This document shows, one piece after another, positions 18,141-28,423 of a stretch of 50,229 bases of DNA. The position numbers and the translations under genes were made by a program. The stretch lies in the IMG/VR virus record IMGVR_UViG_3300049139_000262, positions 1 through 50,229 of that record, one strand, 5' to 3'. Below the pieces are notes generated by a model. The model worked only from the letters and a program-made list of their open reading frames with translations. It searched no databases and was not told the origin of the DNA. Each line of letters begins with the position of its first letter. The first letter of the stretch is position 1. The DNA is from a virus. Its lineage: Duplodnaviria; Caudoviricetes.

Positions 18141-19306
18141 CAGGCGGCCTTCCTTGTCTTGAGGCGCCCCACGTCTCTTTTGACCTGGGCGATGTATCGG
18201 TAGATGCGGGCGACGGTGTTCTCGCCGTTCTCGGCTCCGACCGAGGCTTTGACGGTGACGCCTTCCGCTGTGCTTGAGAGCGTGACTTCACGGACGACGT
18301 CGGTGATCCAGGTGGAGCGGACTTGAGCTGCGACGGTGTCCCCGACGCCGTAGTCGCGGCCGTACTGCAACTTCGGGATGTCGATCGGGGAGATGGCCAG
18401 GCTGCCCTTCCCGGCGCCGTTTGTGAGGGCCTCTTCGGCGGCCTGGTTCATCTGTGCGGCAAGGTCAACGGATGCTGTGTCGACGCTCGTGAGATCGATG
18501 AATTGCTCGACGATGAGCGTCGGGTAGAGCGGGTCGACGCGGTCGTAGACGGCGCATTCTCGTGGGGAGGACTGGCCGCCGGCTACGACGACAGCCCGGG
18601 TACAGGTTGGACGGGTGGTCGTGTAGGAGGCGTCTGTCAGGTTGCCGAGTCCGAATGAGAACCGGGCTGTGCCGCTGCGGTCGACAGGCTCGTAGACCTG
18701 GAACTCGAGCGCCCCGCCGACCTGGACTACGCGAAAGCCCAGCGCTGCGGCGGCGCCAATGTCCTGGAGAACCGGCATCAGCCCGTCGAACTGCTGCACC
18801 TCGCGAGTCACCGCAGGGCCGTGGCCCCCGTCCGCAGCCAGGGTGAGCAGAGCGTGCTTGCGGTCGACCAGTGCGCCTGGGCCGGCGTTCAGGTTGACCA
18901 GGGTGCGCATTCCGGTCTCCGCCGCCACTGCTTCGATCTTGTACACGGTGTCGGCCTGCGAACCGATTGCCGCGGTGGGGGTAGGCCAGCAGGTGTACTG
19001 GGCAAGGAGGGCTGTGTCCGACACTCCGGTGACAGTCAGCTTCCCGGATCCGGCATCGGTCTCCGAGCGCGACCAGTCGACGGAGCTGATCGGCCCCGAT
19101 TCGATCGTCAGGCCGGCGGCGGTCTGGATGATGAGCCCGTTGCCCTCGACAAGCAGGTCGGCCTTGGCGGAGTCGGCGGAGATCTCCATCGTGTAGGCGC
19201 CGATAGCGTTGAAGCGCGGGATCAGGGTGAGGCTGGTGTAGTCGTCGATCTGGCCGATCCGCTCGAGGGCGGGATTGCGGACGTAGACGAGCAGGGGTGA
19301 GCCCAT
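18140..19306 (-). CDS. Minor tail protein (ReqiPepy6 Gp37-like)
   Basis: RIGQIDDY...YGRDYGVGDTV; position after Dit. Confidence 0.82.
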   Translation of the reverse strand: MGSPLLVYVRNPALERIGQIDDYTSLTLIPRFNAIGAYTMEISADSAKADLLVEGNGLIIQTAAGLTIESGPISSVDWSRSETDAGSGKLTVTGVSDTALLAQYTCWPTPTAAIGSQADTVYKIEAVAAETGMRTLVNLNAGPGALVDRKHALLTLAADGGHGPAVTREVQQFDGLMPVLQDIGAAAALGFRVVQVGGALEFQVYEPVDRSGTARFSFGLGNLTDASYTTTRPTCTRAVVVAGGQSSPRECAVYDRVDPLYPTLIVEQFIDLTSVDTASVDLAAQMNQAAEEALTNGAGKGSLAISPIDIPKLQYGRDYGVGDTVAAQVRSTWITDVVREVTLSSTAEGVTVKASVGAENGENTVARIYRYIAQVKRDVGRLKTRKAA

Positions 19307-19316
19307 GGTGTCCTCC

Positions 19317-20249
19317 TCACGCGGCCAGGTAGCGGAGCTGGTAGGTCATGCGGACGCGGGTGTCGCTCGTTGAGCCGGTCACGGACAGTTCGAGGTCGTT
19401 CAGGTCAGGGGCGAGGGCCCACATCGACGAGTCGTCGGACAGGTCCGGCCACAGGTTCGTGCTGCCGTTGAGGAGCGCGGTCTGTCGGCGTTCGCGGGTG
19501 TCAATGACGATCGTGTCCGGCGCGGTGATGGTCCGGGTCAGGGCGAGGGTCTGGCCCGTCGTCACGTTGGTCAGGGTGATCGCGGTGGCGGGGCCGTCGA
19601 TCGTCCACACGGGGTAGGCGTCGTCGTCACCCGAGTTGTCGACGGTGACCTCGCCGAGCACCTGGGAGGCCCCGACGGTGAGCGGCAGGAACGGGAAGAA
19701 CTCGGCCCCGGTCTCGGTCTGCCAGGTGTGGCTGATCTCGCTGCCGAGCCAGTACGGGGACGGGCAGGAGAACGTGAGCACGGTCTGGCACCAGCGCGCG
19801 CCGGCCGCGTCGCGGGTCTCGTCGCCCTCGATGCCGTCGGTGTACAGGGCCTGGATGGTGCGGCTCGCTCCGTCGGGCTGTGTGAGCGTGAGCGTGCCGG
19901 GGCCGCGCTTGGGGTTGAGGGAGCGGATGAGGGCCCGCCGGCGCTCCAGGTAGGCGGTGCGCGAGTCCTGTGCCCAGAACGCGACGGGGATGACGATCTC
20001 CTTGCCCTGGGCGCGGACCTGCCGGATGGCGTAGCCGTCGATGCCTGGAGACTCCTCTCGCGTGACGGCGTAGGTGGGCATGTCCAGGCCGCGCGGGCCT
20101 GGCGGAACAGTCCAGCCTCGCTCCCAGTCCGTGAAGAGCGTGACCCTGCCGGACGGGTCGGTGTAGGAGATGGACGGCATCTCCTGGAGCCGCTGAGGCC
20201 ACTCCCACGGCGGCGGATCGGGTACGAACGGCTTGACGAGGATGGGCAT
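19317..20249 (-). CDS. Distal tail protein (Dit-like)
   Basis: Follows tape measure; CPSPYW and NSGDDDAYPVWTIDGP motifs. Confidence 0.82.
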   Translation of the reverse strand: MPILVKPFVPDPPPWEWPQRLQEMPSISYTDPSGRVTLFTDWERGWTVPPGPRGLDMPTYAVTREESPGIDGYAIRQVRAQGKEIVIPVAFWAQDSRTAYLERRRALIRSLNPKRGPGTLTLTQPDGASRTIQALYTDGIEGDETRDAAGARWCQTVLTFSCPSPYWLGSEISHTWQTETGAEFFPFLPLTVGASQVLGEVTVDNSGDDDAYPVWTIDGPATAITLTNVTTGQTLALTRTITAPDTIVIDTRERRQTALLNGSTNLWPDLSDDSSMWALAPDLNDLELSVTGSTSDTRVRMTYQLRYLAA

Positions 20250-20250
20250 A

Positions 20251-23200
20251 TCAGGCTCCCGTCATGGCGGGCCGGTTCAGCATGTCGTCCATGGCGAGGG
20301 CGTCGAGGATGCTGCGGCGGGAGGCGACTTCGCGGACGGCCGCGTTGTAGTTGAGTACGCGGTCCCCGCTTGTCGTGCTAGAGACGTTGGTTTCGGTGCG
20401 CGCGACGGCGGCTGCCGCGGTAGAGCGGACGACACGAGCCATGGATGCTGCGGCAGCAGCCGCCCCGGGGATGCTGTCGCGCACCCCTCCTTCGAACCCG
20501 CCGCCGAAGAACCGTCCGAGCTGGCGCGCCACCCTTGAGGGGCTGCTGATCTTCAGCTCGACACGAATGGTCTTCTGGATCTTCTTAGCCAGATCGACCA
20601 TCGACTTCAGGATCGCGGCTTCCTGCGCCTTGAGACCGGACAGGAAGCCCTTGCCGGACTGCGTACCGGCGTCGTACATGGCGTTCGCCGCAGCCTGACC
20701 GTAGCCAGTCGCTGCCTTCCCGATCTGCGCTTGGACGGAGTTGAGCTCCCGCAGCTGTGTGTCCGTTGCCTTCACCAGGGCGGCGGCATACGGCGCGCCC
20801 TGGTCCGGGCCGGCCTGGATGATCTGCCCGATCAGCTCCTTGGAGAGGCCACGCTTGCCAAGAGTGGCCACGTTCTTCGAGAAAGCGTTCAGCTGCCCCA
20901 GGCGGACCTTGAGTCCGCTGATGATGCCGTCCGCTCCGAAAGGCTGGCCGGAGTTGGGCAGGCCGGTGAGGCTGGTGAAGTTGGCGGCGTTGCCGCTCGT
21001 CTCCTTGGCGAAGTCGGTGGCCTGCGTGATCGTGGCGCGGATCTTGTCGCGCTGGTCGGCGAGCTTCTTCAGGGCCGTGTTCTGTGTGTTGACCTGTTTC
21101 AACAGCTTGTCGTCGAGGGTGGTCTTGACGCCCTTGAACGCGGTCTTCAGGGCGTCGGCGACCTTCGTCATGGCCGCGTCGATCTGCGACGCGGTGCCGC
21201 TCAGCTGCTGGAGGAACGTGCCGCCGATGCTGGCGGCGATCGGGCCGGTGTCGATGTTCTTGCCGCCGACCCGGATGACACCGCCGGTCGCGTAGCCGGC
21301 ACTGCGCTGGCCACGGCTGATCCGCGTGCCGGCTCCGACGATGCCGCCCAGCGCGTATCCGCCTCGCCGGTCGTAGGCGGCCGACAGGGATCCGTACCGG
21401 GAGAGGGCGTAGCGCATGGAGGCGTAGATGTTGGCCATCGGGTCGATAGAGACGCCGTACATGAAGGGGCCGGTGCTCTTGTACCGGCCTGCGTGGGCGC
21501 GGAACGTGGGCCCGATGACTTGCATGAGGCCCACGGACGGTGTGCCGTTGACCCAGTTGATGTCGTTGCGGTTGACCGCCCGCGGGTTACCGCCGGACTC
21601 CTGGTTCATGCGGCGCAGGGTCGTGTTGACCATGTTGAGGGACTGGCCGACCTGCCCGAGAGCTTGCTGCACGATGCCGCGCCACCGCTGAACGCCGCTG
21701 CCGGTGTCGCTGCTGTCGCCTTCGAGGTAGCGCATCGGGTCGACTGACTGGCCGTTGATGCGGGCCTCGAGGTGGAGGTGCGGGCCGGTGGTGTTGCCGG
21801 TGGCGCCGACCCGGCCGATCTGCTCGCCTCGCTTCACGGTGTCGGAGGCCTTGGCGAGCATCGCGGACATGTGGGCGTACAGCGACGACAGGCCGCCGCC
21901 GTGGGTGACCTCGATGTGCTGTCCGTAGGCACCGGCGTTGACGGCCTTGCGGACGATGCCTGAGTCGACGGCCCGTACCGGGGTGCCGGTCTTGGCAGGG
22001 AAGTCGAGGCCGGTGTGCCGGCCCGAGCTCCACATGGAGCCGCGCTTCCCGAACGGGGTGCCATACGGCGCTGACACGGGCTTGAGCCAGTCGCCAGTGC
22101 CTTCGGCAGTGTCCTTGCCTCGGATGAAGTCGATGGTCTTGTCGATGAGGCCGAGCGGCATCTGCCCGATGAGGCCGGGGAAGGTGTTCTTGTCGGCTCC
22201 GAGGGCTTTGCTGATCCCGGACTTGACGGGCTTGAACGCGGCTTCGGCGAGGTCTGCGAGGCCCCCGCGGACGACGTCGGCGCCCTTGCCGAGGGCTTTG
22301 GAGACGCCGGATGCGATGCCGGAGCCGATGTCGGACAAGCCGCCGAAGATGCCGCCCTCGGCGAAGCCGCGGAACTGGCGCAGGTCCCTGCCTGCCATGG
22401 CTGCCTGGTTGACTGCGTGGAGGCGGGCCCGCTCATACGGGTCGCGCATGGCCTCCGACACGTAGACGCCCTCGCCGCGGCGCATGGGGACGAGCTGGTC
22501 GTCGCCGTCGCGCCACGTGGAGAAGCCCGGCAGGATGCCGCCTCGCGCGAAGCCCTTCGGAACCGGCATGGTCTTGAGGTCCGGCACACCGGGGATCTTG
22601 GCGGCGGTCTTGTTCCAGACGCTGACGATGCCCTTGTTGTAGACGGTCTCGATCCAGAACTTCACCGGGCTCTTGACGAGGTTCTTGATGCCTTCCCAGA
22701 TCTTCCCGAGGCCCTCCTTCACCTTGTCGAAGGCGTCCGTCAGGCCCCCGGCGAACTTGTCGAACCCCTTCTGGACGAAGTCCCATGCAGCGCGGGCCTT
22801 GTCCTTGATCCCGCCCCAGAGGGCCTCCCACTTTTCGACGATCTTGTCCTTGATCCAGGTGAAGATCTTGACAGCCTTGTCGCGGAGATCGGAGAACCAC
22901 TGCAGGGCCCCGTTGACGATGTCGGGGATGATCGAGTGGCCGAGCAGCTTGTCGAAAAGCCACTGGAACTTCTCAATAATCCACACCACACCGTCGCTGA
23001 CCGCCTTCACGAACCCGGTGATCCAGCCGACAACGGTCACGATGATCGGCACCAGGAAACCCAGCGCTCCTCCGAGCACGGTGACCAGCAGCGTCGCGAT
23101 CTCCGTGATGACCGGCATCAGCGGCGTCAGGATCTGGAGCAGCAGCTGCGTCAGGGGCGGCAGCAGCTGGAGCACGGCCATGACGACCTGAACGATCGCC

Positions 23201-26200
23201 GGGATCAGCGGCGTGAGTTCCGGCAGCAGTTCGGCGAACATGCCGACGACCGCTGCGAGGATCGGCGCCAGGGCGTTGACGGCCTCGACGAGGATCTGGC
23301 CGAGCAGCCCGCCCATTTCCGTGATGACGGGCGTGAGCGGCACGAGGACGGCAACGAGCAGATCGGCCAGGATGGTGACGATCTGCACGAACAGCGGGAT
23401 CAGCGGCGTAATCGCAGGCAGGAGCGCGTTCAACGCCTGCACGAAAATCGTGGCGAAGGTGCCGGCCAGGAGGGCGACCAGGTCAATCAGCGGTTTGATC
23501 GCCGGTTCGAGGGCTGCGAACGTGTCGGAGATGAGCTTGCCGATGAGTTCCACGACCGGGATCAGGGCGGTGATCACGGTGGTCAGCGGTCCGGCGAGCG
23601 CGGACACCAGCTGCACGATCACATTGACGACGGTCGCGAGAATCGGCGCCAGAGCTGTGACGATCGCGCCGATCAACTGACCGATCGGGGCGAGCAGCGG
23701 CGTCACAGCGGTGACGATGCCGATCAACGCGTTGCCGAGGATGTCAATCACCGGCAGCAATGCGGTGATGATCGGCATCAGGGCCTGACCGAGCGCCTCG
23801 GCAAGCCGTGCCAGGACCGGTCCCAACGCCTGGGCCAGCGCCGTAACCGTCGGGGCGAGCGCGGCGAGGAGCGGCAGGACCGCCTGGATGACCGCGCCCA
23901 GCACGCCCGCGATCAGGGTGGCGATGGCCTGCACCGCGGTGAAGATCGAGCGGAGTGCGGCCTGCACCTCCGGCAGGGCGGTTATGCGGCGGATCTCGGC
24001 GAGAGCCTCACCGATGACGGCGAAGAAGTCTCCGCCGGCGTCGGCTGCCGCGCCCATGACGTTCTTCAGGATGCCGAACAGGTCTCCGAGGACTTTCCCG
24101 AAGGCGACCGCGACGTCGAGGGCTGTGCTGATTGCCTCCTCGAGGGCGCCGGATTCCAGGCCGGCGGACAGCTTCGCCATGATGCGGTCCATCGCGGACC
24201 CGGCCCCGGCGGTCATCCTGTCCCAGGCCGGGCCTGCGGCGACGGTGAGCTGCGCGAGCCCAGTGACGATCTGCCCGGGGATGCGGGCCATGTTGTTGAG
24301 GCCGTTGTTGACGACATCGAAGGCGCCCTGGAGTTGGCCGGTCTTCTCCAGGTTGGAGACCGCCGTGAGAGCGTTCCGGCCCATCAGGTTCAGCTCGCCC
24401 GCCGCGCCGACGAAACCGGCTCGTACCGTGGGGAGGATCTGGCCGCCGACCTGCTGGAGCCTGGTACCGAGCCCGGCGAACAGGGCGTCCTGGACGTCGA
24501 GCTTCATGTCTCGCCAAGCCGGTGCCATCGCCTGCAGCACGCCGACGAACTGGCGGGCGTTCGGCGACAGCTTCGCGAGAGCGGTGTCGAGCTTGCTGAC
24601 CTGCGTGGCCGCTGCGAGCTGGGCATCGGCAACGGCTCGGGTGGCGTCCGCGACTGCCCGGTGCGCGTCCTCGAGGCCGCGCTGCTGCTCCGCGACTTGT
24701 TCGTTCGCGGCTCGGATCCGTTCCTGCGCCTGCACGACTGCGTCGCTTCCTGCGACGCCGGACTTATTGGCGGCTGCCGTGTCTATCTGGAGCCGCTTCT
24801 GCTGCCGGGTCTGCTCTTCCGCTGCGGCGCGTGCCCGCTGCAGGGCGAAGTCGGCCTGCTGGATCTGCAGTTGCGTGGCCGCGGGGTCGGTGCGTGTCTT
24901 CTGCAGGTCGAGTTCGGCCTGTTCGACGTCTAGGGCGGCCTGCTTCTGGTCCAGCGCACCTTGCCGGAGGCGCTGGTTCATGTCTTCGAGGTCGCGGGTG
25001 GCCTGGCGGCGTGCTGCCGAGAGTTCGGACTGCGCCTGGCGAGCTGCGCGCTGTGCCTGCGACAGGCTCCGCTCGGCATCGGCGACGCCGCGCTGGGCGT
25101 TCGCCAGGTTCCGCTGAGCGGACTCGACCTGCCGGGTCGCCGTTGCTGCGGCCTTCGACTCGGCGGAGGTGTCAGCGAAGGCGGCCTTGATGGCGTCGCC
25201 GACGCCGCTCGCACCGAGCTTGATCGCCCCGAACGCGGTCGCCAGCGTCAGGACGGCGGGTGCGGCAGTGGCGGCGAGTGGTCCCATCTGGGCTATTGCC
25301 GAGCCCAGCGCGGCAAGTTGCGGTGTGGCCAGCAGCGCTGCGCCGGCGAGCGTGGCGATGCGGCTGCTGAACATGCCGATCCCGGCTGCGCCGCCTCCGC
25401 TGGAGCCGAGGTTGCCTAGTGCTCCGGTGAGCGCGGCGAGGCCGAGTGTCCGGACCCGGACGCTCATGGTGCGGTCGCGCGTGAGGAACGTCAGTGCCGT
25501 GTTCGCGGCTGCGGTGTCCGCGCGGGCGGTAATGCCGACCTGGCGGCGGCGTGTCAGGTTCGCCAGGTCGTTGGCGGCGACCCTGGTGTCTACGTCCGCG
25601 CCAATCCGGACGCGACGGTTGCGGATTAGGTTCTGGATCTCGTTCGCTGCAACCCGGGTGTCGACGGTGGCGCGGATGTTGACGACACGGTCCTTGCACA
25701 GCTTGTCGAGGGCTGTCTCAACACGTTTGGATGCAGCGTCATTGATCGTGGGGACGATGTCGACTTCAGCTGTGGCGTCGCGTGTGAGCTTCTTCAGGGC
25801 GGTGTCGGCTGCTGCTGTGTCAAGGGAGACCTTGACGTTGATCGTGCGGTCGGCGGTGAGCTTGTCGAGCGCCTTCTTGGCGGTGTCGTCGTCAAGATCG
25901 AAGTCGATCGAGATGGTGCGGTCGGCTGTGAGCTTGTCGAGCTTGGTCTTGGCTGCCTTCTCGGCCTTGTCGTCGATCTCGGCCGTGATCTTGACGGTGC
26001 GGGCCTTGGTCAGTCGGTCGAGCTTGGCCAAGGCCAATGTGTCCTGGAGGTCGACCCCGACGCGCACGGTCGTCGTCGCGGAGGCGAGCTTTCGGCGGAT
26101 CCCGTCGAGGATCTCATCGCCGGCGGTCTCGCCAGCCAGCCGTGCGGGCTGGCGGACTGCCTTGGGCAGCTGGACGCGGAGGACGTCGCCGAAGCTGGAC

Positions 26201-26253
26201 GTGTCGGGGATCAGTGATACCCGGGTGCGTCCGACGACGGTGGGCTCCGCCAT
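20251..26253 (-). CDS. Tape measure protein with M23 peptidase and lytic transglycosylase domains
   Basis: 2000 aa, amphipathic repeats, HTGLDF...YAHMS...GPHLHLE (M23), QESGGNP...GLMQ (SLT). Confidence 0.95.
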   Translation of the reverse strand: MAEPTVVGRTRVSLIPDTSSFGDVLRVQLPKAVRQPARLAGETAGDEILDGIRRKLASATTTVRVGVDLQDTLALAKLDRLTKARTVKITAEIDDKAEKAAKTKLDKLTADRTISIDFDLDDDTAKKALDKLTADRTINVKVSLDTAAADTALKKLTRDATAEVDIVPTINDAASKRVETALDKLCKDRVVNIRATVDTRVAANEIQNLIRNRRVRIGADVDTRVAANDLANLTRRRQVGITARADTAAANTALTFLTRDRTMSVRVRTLGLAALTGALGNLGSSGGGAAGIGMFSSRIATLAGAALLATPQLAALGSAIAQMGPLAATAAPAVLTLATAFGAIKLGASGVGDAIKAAFADTSAESKAAATATRQVESAQRNLANAQRGVADAERSLSQAQRAARQAQSELSAARRQATRDLEDMNQRLRQGALDQKQAALDVEQAELDLQKTRTDPAATQLQIQQADFALQRARAAAEEQTRQQKRLQIDTAAANKSGVAGSDAVVQAQERIRAANEQVAEQQRGLEDAHRAVADATRAVADAQLAAATQVSKLDTALAKLSPNARQFVGVLQAMAPAWRDMKLDVQDALFAGLGTRLQQVGGQILPTVRAGFVGAAGELNLMGRNALTAVSNLEKTGQLQGAFDVVNNGLNNMARIPGQIVTGLAQLTVAAGPAWDRMTAGAGSAMDRIMAKLSAGLESGALEEAISTALDVAVAFGKVLGDLFGILKNVMGAAADAGGDFFAVIGEALAEIRRITALPEVQAALRSIFTAVQAIATLIAGVLGAVIQAVLPLLAALAPTVTALAQALGPVLARLAEALGQALMPIITALLPVIDILGNALIGIVTAVTPLLAPIGQLIGAIVTALAPILATVVNVIVQLVSALAGPLTTVITALIPVVELIGKLISDTFAALEPAIKPLIDLVALLAGTFATIFVQALNALLPAITPLIPLFVQIVTILADLLVAVLVPLTPVITEMGGLLGQILVEAVNALAPILAAVVGMFAELLPELTPLIPAIVQVVMAVLQLLPPLTQLLLQILTPLMPVITEIATLLVTVLGGALGFLVPIIVTVVGWITGFVKAVSDGVVWIIEKFQWLFDKLLGHSIIPDIVNGALQWFSDLRDKAVKIFTWIKDKIVEKWEALWGGIKDKARAAWDFVQKGFDKFAGGLTDAFDKVKEGLGKIWEGIKNLVKSPVKFWIETVYNKGIVSVWNKTAAKIPGVPDLKTMPVPKGFARGGILPGFSTWRDGDDQLVPMRRGEGVYVSEAMRDPYERARLHAVNQAAMAGRDLRQFRGFAEGGIFGGLSDIGSGIASGVSKALGKGADVVRGGLADLAEAAFKPVKSGISKALGADKNTFPGLIGQMPLGLIDKTIDFIRGKDTAEGTGDWLKPVSAPYGTPFGKRGSMWSSGRHTGLDFPAKTGTPVRAVDSGIVRKAVNAGAYGQHIEVTHGGGLSSLYAHMSAMLAKASDTVKRGEQIGRVGATGNTTGPHLHLEARINGQSVDPMRYLEGDSSDTGSGVQRWRGIVQQALGQVGQSLNMVNTTLRRMNQESGGNPRAVNRNDINWVNGTPSVGLMQVIGPTFRAHAGRYKSTGPFMYGVSIDPMANIYASMRYALSRYGSLSAAYDRRGGYALGGIVGAGTRISRGQRSAGYATGGVIRVGGKNIDTGPIAASIGGTFLQQLSGTASQIDAAMTKVADALKTAFKGVKTTLDDKLLKQVNTQNTALKKLADQRDKIRATITQATDFAKETSGNAANFTSLTGLPNSGQPFGADGIISGLKVRLGQLNAFSKNVATLGKRGLSKELIGQIIQAGPDQGAPYAAALVKATDTQLRELNSVQAQIGKAATGYGQAAANAMYDAGTQSGKGFLSGLKAQEAAILKSMVDLAKKIQKTIRVELKISSPSRVARQLGRFFGGGFEGGVRDSIPGAAAAAASMARVVRSTAAAAVARTETNVSSTTSGDRVLNYNAAVREVASRRSILDALAMDDMLNRPAMTGA

Positions 26254-26267
26254 GCTGCCCTCCCCTC

Positions 26268-26762
26268 CTACGCGTTCTCGAGCTCGCGAATTTTCGCGGC
26301 CCAGTGGTCGAGCTCTTCCTGGTCGCCTGGTGTCCAGCCGGGCGAGTACTGGTTGAGGAGCGCCTCGCTGTACGCGACGCCTGCCGCTTCGAGTTCGGTC
26401 TGCCGATCGTCGATGTCACGTGCCGGCGCCTCGATGCTGTCCATGTCCGGCGGATTGCCCTTGAGGTGGGCAGTCCACAAGATTCGGATCATGAGGAGGA
26501 GCGCGTTGTAGGAGGCGGCGTGGAGGTAGGTGTCCTGTGTCCAGCGCCGGTCGTCGACGTCTCCTGCTTCGGCGGCTTTGGTGGCGGAGTCCTCGGGCAT
26601 GGCGTCGACGAGGTCGCGTAGTTCGGCCCAGTTCATCGTGCCTTCGCCCCAGGACATGGCCCAGAACTCTTCTAGGCGGCGGCCGGGGTAGTAGCGCTGG
26701 ATGTCGGCGCGGACGGCTCCGGGGTGCTCTCGGAGGAGGGCGAGGAGCCGGAGTCTTCCCCC
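26268..26762 (-). CDS. Tail assembly chaperone, -1 frameshift extension
   Basis: -1 frame after GGGGGAA reads RLRLLALLREHPGAVRADIQRYYPG... into ORF 26268-26657. Confidence 0.8.
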   Translation of the reverse strand, partial: GGRLRLLALLREHPGAVRADIQRYYPGRRLEEFWAMSWGEGTMNWAELRDLVDAMPEDSATKAAEAGDVDDRRWTQDTYLHAASYNALLLMIRILWTAHLKGNPPDMDSIEAPARDIDDRQTELEAAGVAYSEALLNQYSPGWTPGDQEELDHWAAKIRELENA

Positions 26763-27085
26763 GCTGTGGTGCCCGCCTGCCCGTCCATCTCCTCGATGAT
26801 TTCCTTGAGTTCGCCGACGGTGAGCTTGGCGACCTTCACGAGCCGGTCGAACGCGTCCTGAGGCGAAGCGATCTCGCGGAGGACGTTGAGGTTGGCGTTT
26901 CCGCCCTTCTCCTCGACCTCCTCGATGACCTCGAGCGGCCAGTTGTCCTGGACGGGGAACGTGCAGGTCTCCTCGTAGCCGTGCTCGTTTTCGAAGACGA
27001 TGTCGACGAACTGGAGCTTGGCAGCGGCGGCGCGCTGGGCGCGCATCTGCTGGAGACGGATGACCTTGCGGTTGGGCTTCGACAT
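26672..27085 (-). CDS. Tail assembly chaperone
   Basis: Between major tail and tape measure; slippery site near 3' end. Confidence 0.85.
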   Translation of the reverse strand: MSKPNRKVIRLQQMRAQRAAAAKLQFVDIVFENEHGYEETCTFPVQDNWPLEVIEEVEEKGGNANLNVLREIASPQDAFDRLVKVAKLTVGELKEIIEEMDGQAGTTAGEDSGSSPSSESTPEPSAPTSSATTPAAA

Positions 27086-27190
27086 GGGAGAGCGTCCTTC
27101 GCTTGGGCAGGGGCGGGGCGGGAGCTATGCAGGTGGCCTGTCGTGCCGCCCCCGCCCAGGAGATGAGCGCGACAGGCCACCAGTCGGGGG

Positions 27191-27784
27191 CTATGCCTCC
27201 TCGGGGAGCGCGACGTCCGTGATGAAGTGCTGGACGGACTGGGCGCCGCCGGGAGCGGCGAGCGCGGTGAAGGTGAGCTCGTAGTTCGAGGAGTCCTCAG
27301 CGGAGTGCTTGCGTGCGCCTCGGTCGGACACGCCAGTGCGGGCGATCATGATGCGGTGGCGCTTGCCGCCGTAGATGACGTCCAGACCGAGCGCGATCTC
27401 CACCGTGTCCTGCGTCGACCCGGAGCCGAAGCTGACGAACTGCTTCGTCGCCGGCGGCCCTACCGCGGCGTCCGTGCTGGTCATGTTGGCCATCTGCACC
27501 TGGTAGTACAGGGACAGCAGGCGGGCGGTGGTCTCGCGGAACGTCAGCTTGAACGTCTGCGTCCTCTTGCGCGCGAGGTCGACAACGGGTGCGTCCTCGC
27601 CCCACGCGTCGAGCTGGGTCCGCTCCTCAGCCATGGCCTCCTCGAGACCGTCCGGGGTGATGAACCCCATGTCGACGAACCCGGTGGGCCAAGCCACTTC
27701 CGGGCCGGTCGGGAAGGTGGTCCCCACCTCGGCGGCGTAGGCCTTGCCCGCTACACCGACGATGATGTTGTCAGAGTCGCCCAC
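27191..27784 (-). CDS. Major tail protein
   Basis: FVDMGFITPDGL...DAWG...YELTFTAL; position. Confidence 0.88.
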   Translation of the reverse strand: MGDSDNIIVGVAGKAYAAEVGTTFPTGPEVAWPTGFVDMGFITPDGLEEAMAEERTQLDAWGEDAPVVDLARKRTQTFKLTFRETTARLLSLYYQVQMANMTSTDAAVGPPATKQFVSFGSGSTQDTVEIALGLDVIYGGKRHRIMIARTGVSDRGARKHSAEDSSNYELTFTALAAPGGAQSVQHFITDVALPEEA

Positions 27785-27794
27785 GACGGGCCTC

Positions 27795-28226
27795 CTAGCT
27801 GGTCGGGAGGGGTGGGCGAACGCTCATCCCCAGGATCATGCCGACGCGGAACACGTCGGCGTTGAGGTCTTCTGGACGGTCTTGCGGGCCGGTCTCCTGA
27901 CTGATCCGAGTGACCTCACCGCCGGGCGTGGCCTGGTTGGGCAGCAGTTCCCAGACATCGCAGACCCGGATGGCCAACCGCATCGCGGCACCGTCTGTGG
28001 CTGCGTAGCAGTCGACGGAAAGGCGAGGGTTGTCCCGAGTGGCGGGGTCGCTCCAGCCGCGCATGTCCCTGGTGCCGCCGACTCGGAGCACCCTGACGGC
28101 GGGCAGCACGGCGTTCAGCGCCACGCCTTCGGGCAGCCTCCCTGTGACGTGCACTCCGTCCAGGGCGGCGGCGAGGAGGTCGATGGCGACCTGCTTGCCG
28201 TCGAGGTCGGTCAGCGGCGTGGTCAT
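27795..28226 (-). CDS. Tail terminator
   Basis: VRVLRVGG...PRLSVDCYA; directly before major tail. Confidence 0.75.
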   Translation of the reverse strand: MTTPLTDLDGKQVAIDLLAAALDGVHVTGRLPEGVALNAVLPAVRVLRVGGTRDMRGWSDPATRDNPRLSVDCYAATDGAAMRLAIRVCDVWELLPNQATPGGEVTRISQETGPQDRPEDLNADVFRVGMILGMSVRPPLPTS

Positions 28227-28228
28227 GG

Positions 28229-28423
28229 CTACTTGCCTGCGGCCTTGGCCGGCTCGCTGCCGGTCGTCGGGGCCTTGGGCGCGGGCGCAGCCTTCGGGGC
28301 GGTCTCGGCGAGTTCGCCGAATCCCTTCCAGCGGTGGACCTCGTCGGCGGGGATTTCGATCACGTCGCCGGGCATCTGCTTGCCTCGGGGGAACGTGAGC
28401 CGCATCTTGACGGTGTCAGTCAT
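28229..28423 (-). CDS. Small virion-associated hypothetical protein
   Basis: AAGGAGG RBS; PGDVIEIPADE. Confidence 0.6.
   Translation of the reverse strand: MTDTVKMRLTFPRGKQMPGDVIEIPADEVHRWKGFGELAETAPKAAPAPKAPTTGSEPAKAAGK

Noticed and set aside
16257-18203. 648-aa plus-strand ORF
   Set aside because: Antisense to tail genes that carry clear motifs
22417-24933. 838-aa plus-strand ORF
   Set aside because: Antisense shadow of the tape measure gene, typical of high-GC DNA; no motifs
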